This document shows positions 22,354-32,116 of a stretch of 32,116 bases of DNA, in pieces. Each line of letters starts with the position of its first letter. Within the stretch, counting starts at the first letter, position 1. The notes beneath the pieces are model-generated. The model saw only the letters and a list, made by a program, of their open reading frames with translations. It made no database searches and was not told the DNA's origin. This stretch comes from Octopus bimaculoides (taxonomy: Eukaryota). A program made the translations under genes and the position numbers. The stretch spans positions 5,709,926-5,742,041 of the forward strand of contig NC_068982.1 in assembly GCF_001194135.2 (NCBI RefSeq), read 5' to 3'.

Positions 22354-22581
22354 TACATACATACATACATACATAAAACGCCTACTCAAGGAATACTGAT
22401 GGAATATTTCCATCAAAACTTCTGTTAAATGTAAGCATAACAGGCCGGGTATTGTTGTTTGGGACAGAGGGGCAGAGGTATGTACCGTCATAGTGGTCAG
22501 CTGCTTTGCAGATATAAATATCTCTTTGAAAATCAAAGAGAAAGAGGATAGATAGATAGATAGATAGACATCTATCTGTTT

Positions 22582-22790
22582 AAGGTGGCGAGTTGGCAGA
22601 AACGTTAGCACACCAGGCGAAACTTTTAGCGGTATTTCGTCTGCCGTTACGTTCTGAGTTCAAATTCCGCCGAGGTCGACTTTGCCTTTCATCCTTTCGG
22701 GGTCGATTAAATAAGTGTAAATACTGGGGGCGAATTATTCAACTAAAATTTCCCGAAGGTGGTGCTCCAGTATAGCCGCAGTCTAATGAG
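22582..22790 (+). mobile_element. Chimeric SINE: family B head and core joined to a family A-type 3' tail
   Basis: 22582-22712 matches the 7791 copy. 22713-22788 matches 21030-21105 at 68/76. Confidence 0.85.
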
Positions 22791-22793
22791 CAT

Positions 22794-22970
22794 GGGCCCG
22801 GAAACAGGGGCTGCAAGGGGTGCCAGTGCCCCCACCAAAAAAAAATTTTGGAGTAAAAAGTAGCTTAAATTAGGTTTCTTCTCAAAGAACAAAGAACATA
22901 AATAAAAAAAAAAAACATGACCTTATTTGTAAAAAATTGGGGGACTGGATTTGCACCCCGTAAGCGAATT
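22794..22970. mobile_element. Possible non-autonomous DNA transposon fragment (GC-rich end with G/C runs)
   Basis: GGGCCCGGAAACAGGGGCTGCAAGGGGTGCC..GCCCCC resembles Harbinger/hAT-type MITE starts. No matching second terminus or TSD. Confidence 0.25.
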
Positions 22971-23215
22971 TCGTTCCTTAACCAATGTCTATGAGCGGTT
23001 TATCTGCGATAAAATTAAACCGAACTGTCAAGCAACGACCCACATGTCAGTTTTACAGTGGAGTCTCTTATTGCAGTAGACTGTACGCCCTCGCATTCTG
23101 AAGTGTCTACTTTAAAGCTAGGTGGACTCGTTCGTTGAGTGTTAAGTGTCTCAGTCACAGACGCGACATAGTAGGTCGGTGACCGGATATGAAGCAGTGA
23201 CTTCTTAGCTGGCCG

Positions 23216-23302
23216 TGGTTGTTACTGTTTTTGTGGTTGTTTAACCTTAGATTTAAATAATCGGTTTAACCTTGATTAAACAGACATATGATCAAGGCAT
23301 TC
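23216..23302 (+). mobile_element. Family E repeat fragment
   Basis: GTTGTTTAACC..CAGACATATGATCAAGGCATTC. Confidence 0.4.
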
Positions 23303-24228
23303 GAGGTGGTCGAACGATGTGAAATGGATACTGGAAAGAAAGAAAGGAAAACATTAAAAAAAAGTAAAATAAAAAAAGCCAGAAATCGCCTCTGGTCTTG
23401 CGTGATATGACGGACAGATCAAAGAGGTAAGTTTTGTGCGCAATAAACTAGAAATAGTTCTGTCGACATGGTAAGATTGGGGCTGGCAAGTTACGGAAAT
23501 TATTCCTATAAAAGAAATTTCCTAAATGGATGTAATCTGCGTTTTATGTCTCAGAGGATGAAACAATTGTTTTTACATTTCTTTGTCCTCCTTCAAAAAG
23601 TTGTGATTAACAAATAAAATTCTGTTAGTACCATATTCTTCAGTTTGTTGCTTCAGCTCTCTGTCTTCCCCTCTCTCATCTTCCCCTTCTTTCTCGCTCT
23701 CTTTACCCCTCGCCCTTTCTCTGATTTTTGGTACTTGATGTATGTTCTCTTCCATATTGTTGGAATCCTTGAAATGCCGTTCATACACTACGTGAAATCT
23801 ATCGAAAGTAATTATATAATGTCCAGGCATCCACAATAATGCTGGAAGAACTCATGGTCAGATTATTACCATTAAAATGCCGCCTGCTTTACAGAACTTT
23901 CCATTCTGCCAACCCAAACATATAATGCCATTTACTCCACTTTGTCCTATTTCTGAAAATAAATGTGGGTCCATTCGGTTCTGCTACAATGACTCTCTGT
24001 CTTTCTGGTATTACAGCGGTATTTACTAGCAGATTCTACTTCGTAAAAGCCCCACGCATGTTAATGGAAAAGGCAATAAGTAAAAAGAACCCCTACCCTA
24101 TCCTCTTGCATAGTTCCTCGACCTTCTTCAAATTGTAGCCAGACATTTTTTCAAAATACAACATACGGTCTTCTAAGTCTGCCAGGACATTTCGTATATT
24201 GTAATCCTTGGTATATTTTGAAAATTGC

Positions 24229-24233
24229 AAAAG

Positions 24234-24281
<48 letters not shown>

Positions 24282-24385
24282 AAAGATGGGACGGTCATGA
24301 CTGGAACATCTTTGATCATGGGTCAATGAAAGAAGACCTGCACTCAAACAGCAACCACAATTATAACGACAACGAACAAAGTTTT
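24229..24385 (-). mobile_element. Family E repeat fragment with adjoining long A-run
   Basis: Reverse reads GACCCATGATCAAAGATGTTCCAGTCATGACCGTCCCATC followed by poly-T. Confidence 0.5.
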
Positions 24386-24670
24386 ATGTCCGATAACATC
24401 AAACCCTTTCCATCAAGAATCAATACTTTGGTATTCGTCATTAACTCTAGTCTGCTCCTAGCAAACTGAACACCATGTTTCTCTTTCTCGCGCAGTCATT
24501 GTATTTTCACTGTATCTTACGCCCGTCCGCTTCTTAATGTTACCCTTCTACATATTTTTGAATTTCTTTTTGCTTTCTTCATTTGTATTAACAGTCTTTA
24601 TGGAAAATTCAACTTACGATGAAAGTAAACAAAGTTTGCTTTAGAAGCGTTGAGGTGTATTGAAAGATAC

Positions 24671-24863
24671 AGAAATAATTTTATTCTCAAACGCATGATA
24701 ATGCTAATACAGGATAAAATATCCATATATTGCAGAGAAAAAAAATCTTTATCGGCCAACCATGAGACGGCCAGTAACGATTTTTTTCTGCAATATATGA
24801 ATACTTTATCCTGTTCATGCTCTTGTATTAGCATTATCATGTGTTTGAGAATAAATTCTTTCT
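24671..24863. repeat. Long inverted repeat (arms 24671-24757 and 24769-24863, 11-nt loop)
   Basis: Hand alignment: about 7 substitutions, indels of 1, 3 and 12 nt. Confidence 0.9.
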
Positions 24864-25552
24864 GAGTCTTTATGGATTATTTTCCAAAATAAGTGATATA
24901 GTTTCAATAAAACTTACTTAGTTTTTACCATTTTTAGGACTTCATCATTGGCTTTATAGTTTATCGATGATATTTTTATCTTCTATATTCTTGCATCTCA
25001 GAGGGTTGGAGACTATTCCACAATACTATTGTTGGTACCCATATTTTTATTCCATATAATACATTGTTTCACACATAACACTTTAATAATCCTTTGCTTA
25101 ATATTTGCGTGAAGCCGAAGTAGTAAACCCCAAAATTTGTCGTCCAATCTCCCTATATGTTTCATTTCTTACTTTTGTGAACTGTTTTGGTTCATCAATA
25201 ATTCTCTATGATACCCTTTTCTTTTTCAAAATTTGAATAAAAGCAGTTTCCTCGAAATTAATAAAATTAATGTTTGATACTTTTCTTGGAGAAATATATC
25301 AACAGCGTCAACCAGACGGAATATATACGGTATTGAAGAAAGGCATACTAAAACTTGTGGGGCATTCGCAAAACTTCGCAAAACTTCAGTCGTTACGGAA
25401 GTCGAAATAATACATAGTCATAGGACTACGATTGATCTCAATAAGAGCAGTATCCAATCTGTCCTATTAACAAACCTGGGCAAGGCCCGGATACAAATTT
25501 TTTTTTTCCCCACAAGAATTCCGGACCCCCAGTAAAGTACTCACTTGCAAAC

Positions 25553-25614
25553 AGCCAATCAGAGCTCACTTTCACCTTGTCAAGTTAACAAGTGTTGGCA
25601 TTCAAAATGGCGAC
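25553..25614 (+). promoter_or_regulatory. CCAAT box (AGCCAATCAG) plus YY1-type motif (CAAAATGGCGAC)
   Basis: Motif matches only; may belong to a transposon remnant. Confidence 0.25.
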
Positions 25615-25812
25615 CTCCGATTACCATGCGAATCATGTATTGTGCTCTCATTCAGGGGCCAATATCATCGATACTGAACGCATACGCCTGTTAGCGGTTG
25701 GTTTGAATTACTATAGCAATCAAAGATAATGTTTTGGACGAATATGAAAGTCCGGAAATTGCTTGAAGGTTTTATAAATGCACTGTTGTCAATATTCTGA
25801 AAATAGCACTCA

Positions 25813-25943
25813 GCCGAGGTCGTCTTTGCTTTTCATATTTTCGGGGTCGATAAATTTAAGTACCAGTTGCGTACTGTAGTCGATCTAATCGACTGGTCCC
25901 CTCCCCCAAAATTTCGGGCCTTGTGCCTTGAGTTGAAAAGAAT
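25813..25943 (+). mobile_element. 5'-truncated family B SINE
   Basis: GCCGAGGTCG.CTTTGC.TTTCAT..TTTCGGGGTCGATAAA..GTACCAGTT..GGGCCTTGTGCC. Confidence 0.85.
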
Positions 25944-26314
25944 ATTTGTAAACGTCTTATGTCTCCGGTAATTTTATTTCATGTAAATAAATCTTATTTA
26001 GCTGTTATTTTTAGCACACCTTACAACCACCAATGTTTAATGCCAATGCAACAAACAACACGTTACATGCGATAAACACATTACAATTTTTAACAGAAAG
26101 ATTTAGAAGAATTAGATGAAAGTTTTCCGGTAATTTTCTTTCATTTAAATAAATGTTTATGTTAATTTAAAAGAGAAAAACAATTTTAAATCCGTGAGCG
26201 AGATATTGGCAAATAAATTTTAATTTAAAAGATTTATAAAAAAATTTTTTTATTTAGCTGTTATTTTTAGTACACCTCACAGTCATCTCAATGCTCAATG
26301 ACAAAAACCTAGGC

Positions 26315-27925
26315 CATAGCTTCCAAAAGTGGGCGATATCGCCCACCGGTGGGCGATTGGGCAAATTTCTAGAAAACGGTCATTTGAAATTTTGGTGGGC
26401 GCTGTGGGTGACAAAGAATTTTTAGAAATCAAGTGTGCATTTAACTAGATCTAGGGATGCCTAGAATAAGGATGCACGTTTATCGATTTGACTACTCGTA
26501 TTAGATGTCCCTTTGTATTAAAAAAAGCGGATTTGTTTATCGATCGAATATTATTGTCGCACAGTCATTGAGATGGTTGTCATATGTGCTAAAAGTAGCA
26601 GCGAAGTAGGCCTAGGCTTTAAATCACGCGACACCACAATTTTTTTCTCTTCTTTTTTTTTTTTTTTTTTTTTTTTTTTTGCATAATCCAATGAAGTCCC
26701 GCGTGTTGAATACAACTTCGCAAAAATTTCCTGAAAACTCCGAAAATAAAAAAAAGTTATGAGAGGTTGTATGTCGTGCGTAATTCTACGGTTTCATATT
26801 AAAACACAAGTGCTATTTTCAGGATGTTGACAAAATGTGCAGTCACGGACAAAATGACAGCTTTGAAATCGTGTTTCTTGACTTCGCCCAGTTATCGAAG
26901 AGGTTTTGTCAACCGTCATGCACGAAAATCTCGATAACATTATGAAGATCCCACTTAGTAATAACACGATTTCTCGATGAAATGGCCAACGATATCAAAC
27001 ATCAGCTCATTAATATTCTCCAGCGTTCTGAATTTTCTATACAAGTGGATGAGTCAACTGTTGTGGACAATTAATGTTTGATGATGGTATATGTCGGGTA
27101 TTTCAGCGAAGACCTTCAACCTTGTGAGGAAATGCTGTTCAGAGATTGCTGTTTGATTCAAAAGGTGCAGCTATTTTTCACATTCTCAAGCCTTTCCTTT
27201 TTGGATGTAGTATCCCACTCAGTGATATTTTCGCCTGTGCGTCTGATGAAGCCCCTCCGATGATAGGAAGATACAGAAGTTTTACATCTCTCCTAAAGCG
27301 TGAAATTTCCCACCAGATACTAACTGTTCATTGCTTAGCATACCGGCAGCATTTAGTGGCAAAAAATATGAATGGTAGATTGAATGATGCGCTACAATTA
27401 GTTATCAAGACTGTAAACAAATTGAAGACCAGTCCCTTGTCTGATCGAATTTTCCGTCAACTCTGTCTAAAAAATGATGAAGACTATACTAAACTCTTAC
27501 ACCATACCCAAGTGCAGCGGCTGTCAAAAGGAAACTGTGTTTTACGCTTTGTTGAACTGTTTCATATAATCACATCTTTCTTTGAAGATGCTCCAGTGTC
27601 CGCTTCATTGATGGCTACAAGGTGCAATATCTTTTTTGTTTGTGATATAGTCACGAAAATAAATGATTTGAATAAGTTATTGCAAGGAAACAGAAAAACT
27701 CTCGTTGACTGTAAATCATTTATCACTAACTTCATTTCGAAATTGGTGCTGTAGAAGACTAACATGTCAAAATATCAATTCACTCAATTTCCATAACTTG
27801 ATTCTTTTGAAAGATGAATTGGTTGATGAGGATTTAACTTACATACGGCAACTATTTACAATCACTGCACGATAACATGGTGGAGCGGTTTCAAGATGTT
27901 ATTTTGCTGAATATTCCAAATTGGC
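26315..27925 (+). mobile_element. Decayed Buster/Charlie-type hAT transposon, 3' end missing
   Basis: 5' terminus CATAGCTTCCAAAAGTGGGCG resembles Charlie-type TIRs. Preceding 8 nt ACCTAGGC fit nnnTAnnn. A transposase pseudogene follows. Confidence 0.75.
26888..27924 (+). pseudogene. hAT (Buster; ZBED5/ZBED8/SCAND3-like) transposase pseudogene with stops and frameshifts
   Basis: PVIEEVLSTVM..KIPLSNNTISR, DEMANDI..FSIQVDESTV, ACASDEAPPMIGRY, TVHCLAYRQHLVAK, RIFRQLC..NDEDY..LLHHTQVQRLSKG, LQG, ERFQDVILLNIPNW. Confidence 0.93.
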
Positions 27926-28018
27926 TGGAATCGAACTCAGAATCTTGGGGTTAGAAGCCCGCACTCTCAACCACTACACCATATGCCCCAAGATTCCGAG
28001 TTCGATTCCAAGCAGTGA

Positions 28019-28062
<44 letters not shown>

Positions 28063-28213
28063 TCGAAAAATACCTTAGGGATGAGAACCCAGGTTCGAAA
28101 TTTCCCTAAGACACCTGATGAAGGTTGGAGGGTATATCAGCCGAAACAACAAACAAGATGGGGACAAATATAAATAATGTACATGATTCCTCATCTCTTA
28201 AATATAGAACTGT
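27924..28213 (+). mobile_element. Family D tRNA/hammerhead SINE with inverted 5' head
   Basis: Collinear with the reverse of 6073-6343 from 27986 onward. 27924-27988 is the head in inverted orientation. The 3' end near AATATAGAACTG is placed from my recollection of the family. Confidence 0.85.
28110..28147 (+). ncRNA. Hammerhead ribozyme remnant: core and stem II intact, cleavage site deleted
   Basis: GACAC-CTGATGA-A-GGTTGG(AGGGTATA)TCAGCC-GAAA-C. Lacks the 11 nt GTTGTGTTAAC present in the 6-kb copy. Confidence 0.7.
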
Positions 28214-28288
28214 AATATATAAAATAGTTATATGCATAAATATATACAGATATATACATATATTCATGTATACATTACATACATACAT

Positions 28289-28365
<77 letters not shown>

Positions 28366-28541
28366 TACATACATATATATATATATAGGCATATATATAT
28401 ACATATATACATACATATATATATACACACATATATATATAAATAAATATATATATACATACATACATACACACACATATATATACATAAATACATATAT
28501 ACACACATATATATATACATACGTATATACACACACACATA

Positions 28542-28630
<89 letters not shown>

Positions 28631-28730
28631 GCGTGTATACATATGTGTATATGTATACACATGCGTGTGTGCGTGTGCATGTGTAAGAGAGAGCAAGTGA
28701 AAGAGAGAGAGAGAGAGGAGGAGGAGAGAG
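28214..28730. repeat. Long compound (AT)n/(ATAC)n/(AC)n/(AG)n microsatellite
   Basis: Direct. Confidence 0.95.
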
Positions 28731-29202
28731 AAGTTTAAATAACCTTCTGTTTGAAGGCTAATGAGCAAATGTATCGTAGAGTAACGTGTTAAGCCAGAGG
28801 AAAGATAAACAAGAGAGCGCAAGTGAATGTCACATGAAGAAATATGTGTAGCAGTGGTTGTTTACATTGAATCGCTTACATGGCTGCCGAGTGTAGGTAC
28901 AGTTATTACAGCCAGGTTATGAAGGGAGAAATAATGTAGGAAATTTTGTTACGAAATCTTTTGCTTTTCGTCAGTCGATTCGAAGAAACATTGTTGCGAA
29001 GTGTAATGATTATAACAGTCAATATTTAAGAAAACGTTTGTGATGTTGTTGTTCTTGTATTGGTGTAACTGTTTAAGCCCAGTTCAATATGAATTGAGAA
29101 GACCGGTGAGAAGACGTTCGAGACGTGTGATTAACCCATCATTCCTTCGGTTTCTTCGAGGAATGTTACATTATATTGTGTAATTTACCCGCAGGTTTGA
29201 TT

Positions 29203-29852
29203 ATGAGTGGTGAAAGTATTGCAATTAGAACCATTTGACGCTACCTGTGGGAAAAAGGAACAGAAAAGAAGGGTAGCGAGAAAAGAAATTTATGGTTGGA
29301 AGGTCCAGCAGCTGTCAACGAACCTGTGGCAGAAAATTGGTTCAGATATTTCAAAGAAGGTAACACCAGCCACGAAGACAAACCAAGGTAAGGGAGACAC
29401 TTTGTTGCAGAAGATGAGGTCTTACTTGAAACGATTGAACAACGGCCATGCACAGGCATTCAGACATTGTCGGTAGAACTTGATCCTTCATAAAGCACCG
29501 TTAATCGAAACCATTATAAGGTCGGATTTGTAAACAGACACTTTCGAGAAGCCCCTTATGAACTGACCAATCACCAGGCTCAACGACGAGTGACTGTTTG
29601 CAGCGAGTATATGATGCTTTGAAAGCCCGCTACTCGGAATTGGTCAATCGAAGACGCGTATCCCTATAGTACGACAATGTTCCAGCACACACTGCTGTGA
29701 ATGTAACCAAGAGCAAACTTGAGGGGCTGGAAATGCTCTCACCCTGCTTACAGTGCAAACCTTGTATCATCAGATCATCACCTTTTCTGAGCCATGGATC
29801 AATTTTTAGCACAAACGGAAGAACAAGAACGTGAACGAGGTTCAAAACGGGT
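29203..29852 (+). pseudogene. Mariner transposase pseudogene with internal deletion, running into a gap
   Basis: EGPAAV..AENWFRYFKEGNTSHEDKPR*GR, EAPYELT..QAQRRVTVC, then RVYDALKARY..*YDNVPAH and HPAYSANLVSSDHHLF (D34D region). Several stops. Confidence 0.9.
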
Positions 29853-30150
29853 NNNNNNNNNNNNNNNNNNNNNNNNNNNNNNNNNNNNNNNNNNNNNNNN
29901 NNNNNNNNNNNNNNNNNNNNNNNNNNNNNNNNNNNNNNNNNNNNNNNNNNNNNNNNNNNNNNNNNNNNNNNNNNNNNNNNNNNNNNNNNNNNNNNNNNNN
30001 NNNNNNNNNNNNNNNNNNNNNNNNNNNNNNNNNNNNNNNNNNNNNNNNNNNNNNNNNNNNNNNNNNNNNNNNNNNNNNNNNNNNNNNNNNNNNNNNNNNN
30101 NNNNNNNNNNNNNNNNNNNNNNNNNNNNNNNNNNNNNNNNNNNNNNNNNN
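29853..30150. other. Assembly gap (298 N)
   Basis: N-run. Confidence 1.
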
Positions 30151-30189
30151 ATATATATTTGTATGCATGTGTGTATGTTATCTTTGACC

Positions 30190-30246
30190 CTCTCTCTTTC
30201 ACTTATTCATTCAATGCATCTATCAATCTGTCTCTCTTTCTCTCCT

Positions 30247-30324
<78 letters not shown>

Positions 30325-30689
30325 GCTTGGAGGATAGATAGCTACCTGCATAGGAGCTTATTTCCGTTTATATACGTGTCTACTAGCTTACCTGACTGAC
30401 AGTCTGTCCCTCTGTCTTTGTAAGTTTGTCCCTGTCTGAACTATTCACTCGTTCATTCATTCATTCATTCATTCATGATTTTCTTACTGAATAATAGTGC
30501 ATCAGACAGTATCTTTGCGATATATGACCTTGTGAACTATGTCAATCGGAATTTGGAAAAGACTAGCTGTCTATGCTATCCCTTGATCAGGTCAAAGGGT
30601 CACCCAAACACACAAGCAAGCAAAAAATTCACCCGCACAGATACAGGCACAACAGTGCAGCTAACTTACGATCCCGTTTACATAGATCA

Positions 30690-30727
<38 letters not shown>

Positions 30728-30861
30728 CCGACGCCTGTGCAGCCCCGAAGAACATTCATATTAAATACAAAGATGCAGAATACGTTTACACTGGTGGAAA
30801 TTAGACACTTATTTGTGCCTCACACCGTTACTCACGTGCTCTTGCTTTCATTCTATCCGTC

Positions 30862-30908
<47 letters not shown>

Positions 30909-30915
30909 GTCTTTC
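30190..30915. repeat. Microsatellite cluster: (CT)n(ATCT)n 30190-30322, (TTCA)n about 30453-30476, (CA)n 30689-30725, (CT)n 30862-30915
   Basis: Direct. Confidence 0.9.
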
Positions 30916-31073
30916 TCACTCGCTTTGTCGTCCTGCCCCTGTCTCACTCTAAACATATATACTGACCTGCGTAGATGTGAATAATCATGTGTAAATGCCT
31001 GTGTGTTATCGAGCCACGCCCACATTTCATCAACAACGCTACGAAATAAAAAATAAAGCTATGTGCAATAGCG

Positions 31074-31546
31074 CAGTCATTTGACTGCGGCCATGCTGGA
31101 GCACCGCCTTTAGTCGAACAAGTCGACCGCAGGACTTATTCTTTGCAAGCCAATTACTTATTCTATCGGTCGTCATTGCCGAACCGCTATGTTACGGGGA
31201 CGTATACACACCAACATCGGTGTCAAGCGATGGGGTGGTGGTGGTGGTGGTGGTGATGGGGAACAAACACAGAAACACACACACATACATGCACACACAC
31301 ACACATACATGCACACACACACACATACATGCACACACACACATATACATGCACACACATACATACACACACATATATACGACGGGCTTCTTTCAGTTTC
31401 CGTCTACCAAATCCACTCACAAAGCTTTGGTCGGCCCAAGGCTAGAATACAAGACACTTGCCCCAGGTGCCATGTAGTGGGACTGAACCCGGAACCATGT
31501 GGTTGGGAAGCAAGCTTCTTGCTACACAGCCACGCATGCGCCTATA
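31074..31546 (-). mobile_element. Full-length family A SINE with expanded internal repeats
   Basis: Both halves match 20265-20635 in reverse. Confidence 0.92.
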
Positions 31547-31822
31547 ATAACTTTCATTTCACATTTTCAACTGTCGAATATGACAAATATTTCAAAGCAT
31601 AATTTTAAACCACGCATGCGCGCACACCCCCATACACGCATACACGCATACACACAGACACACCCACACACTCTCACACATATATAAGTATGCATCCATA
31701 TGTCCAGATGTGCGTGTGTTCCGTTTGTCCCGCTGGTCTCGATAACTGATGAAGAGTTGGCCATCATCCACGTCTGTTTCTCGTTTGTTTTTGCATTTAT
31801 TATGCGTTTTTCAAACATATTA

Positions 31823-31883
<61 letters not shown>

Positions 31884-31892
31884 GTCTATCTG

Positions 31893-31939
<47 letters not shown>

Positions 31940-31940
31940 C
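31823..31940. repeat. (ATCT)n microsatellite
   Basis: Direct. Confidence 0.97.
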
Positions 31941-32116
31941 TTCTCACGGACGTGCTTTCACATTGGCTGCGAAGGTAAACGTTTATTTGACCTTTTACTG
32001 TCCACATTTTGTTGGAATTTTTAAATAATTTTGTTGCGAAGCACCTAGGCTTCATTTGTGTGTATTTTCAAGTGCAGGAATTGACCCCCCAGGGGCAGTT
32101 TCGGCCCTAGCAAAAT

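Noticed and set aside
24110-24170. Resemblance of FEKMSGYNLKK to the L1 RT segment FSKVSGYKIN
   Set aside because: No FADD/YADD motif at the expected upstream position.
31530-31621. 12-nt repeat CCACGCATGCGC in the SINE head and 80 nt downstream, as a TSD or conversion tract
   Set aside because: One copy lies inside the SINE and is one substitution from a variant seen at 21931; the other is in CA/CG low-complexity DNA.
31735-31772. CTGATGAAGAG..ACGTC as a further hammerhead
   Set aside because: No GAAA and no stem I or II pairing.
104-32024. Most ORFs in the supplied track (HTHT, CVCV, YIYI, MYVC, LSIY, poly-X)
   Set aside because: They are translations of microsatellites, N-gaps or SINEs. 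Only the mariner and hAT frames show real protein motifs.
32075-32116. GC-rich start at the window edge as a transposon terminus
   Set aside because: Truncated by the window; nothing to pair it with.

Overview
Eukaryotic, AT-rich, repeat-dominated scaffold window with seven N-gaps. The SINE families match ones I recall from Octopus, so it is most likely an octopus or other coleoid cephalopod (inference, no database search run). I can support no host protein-coding gene; almost every ORF in the supplied track is a microsatellite or N-run artefact. The window holds about 25 copies or fragments of at least four tRNA-derived SINE families, two decayed mariner elements (one a foldback built from two 5' ends), a decayed Buster-type hAT transposon, a TTAA-flanked piggyBac-like element nested in a SINE, and many microsatellites. 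The best lead is a tRNA-headed SINE carrying a Penelope-type minimal hammerhead ribozyme (6073-6343 minus, 27924-28213 plus). The second copy has a 5' inversion and has lost its cleavage site. Other leads are a 106-bp direct repeat enclosing a degenerate hammerhead-like core, a 190-nt foldback hairpin, and evidence of SINE module shuffling.
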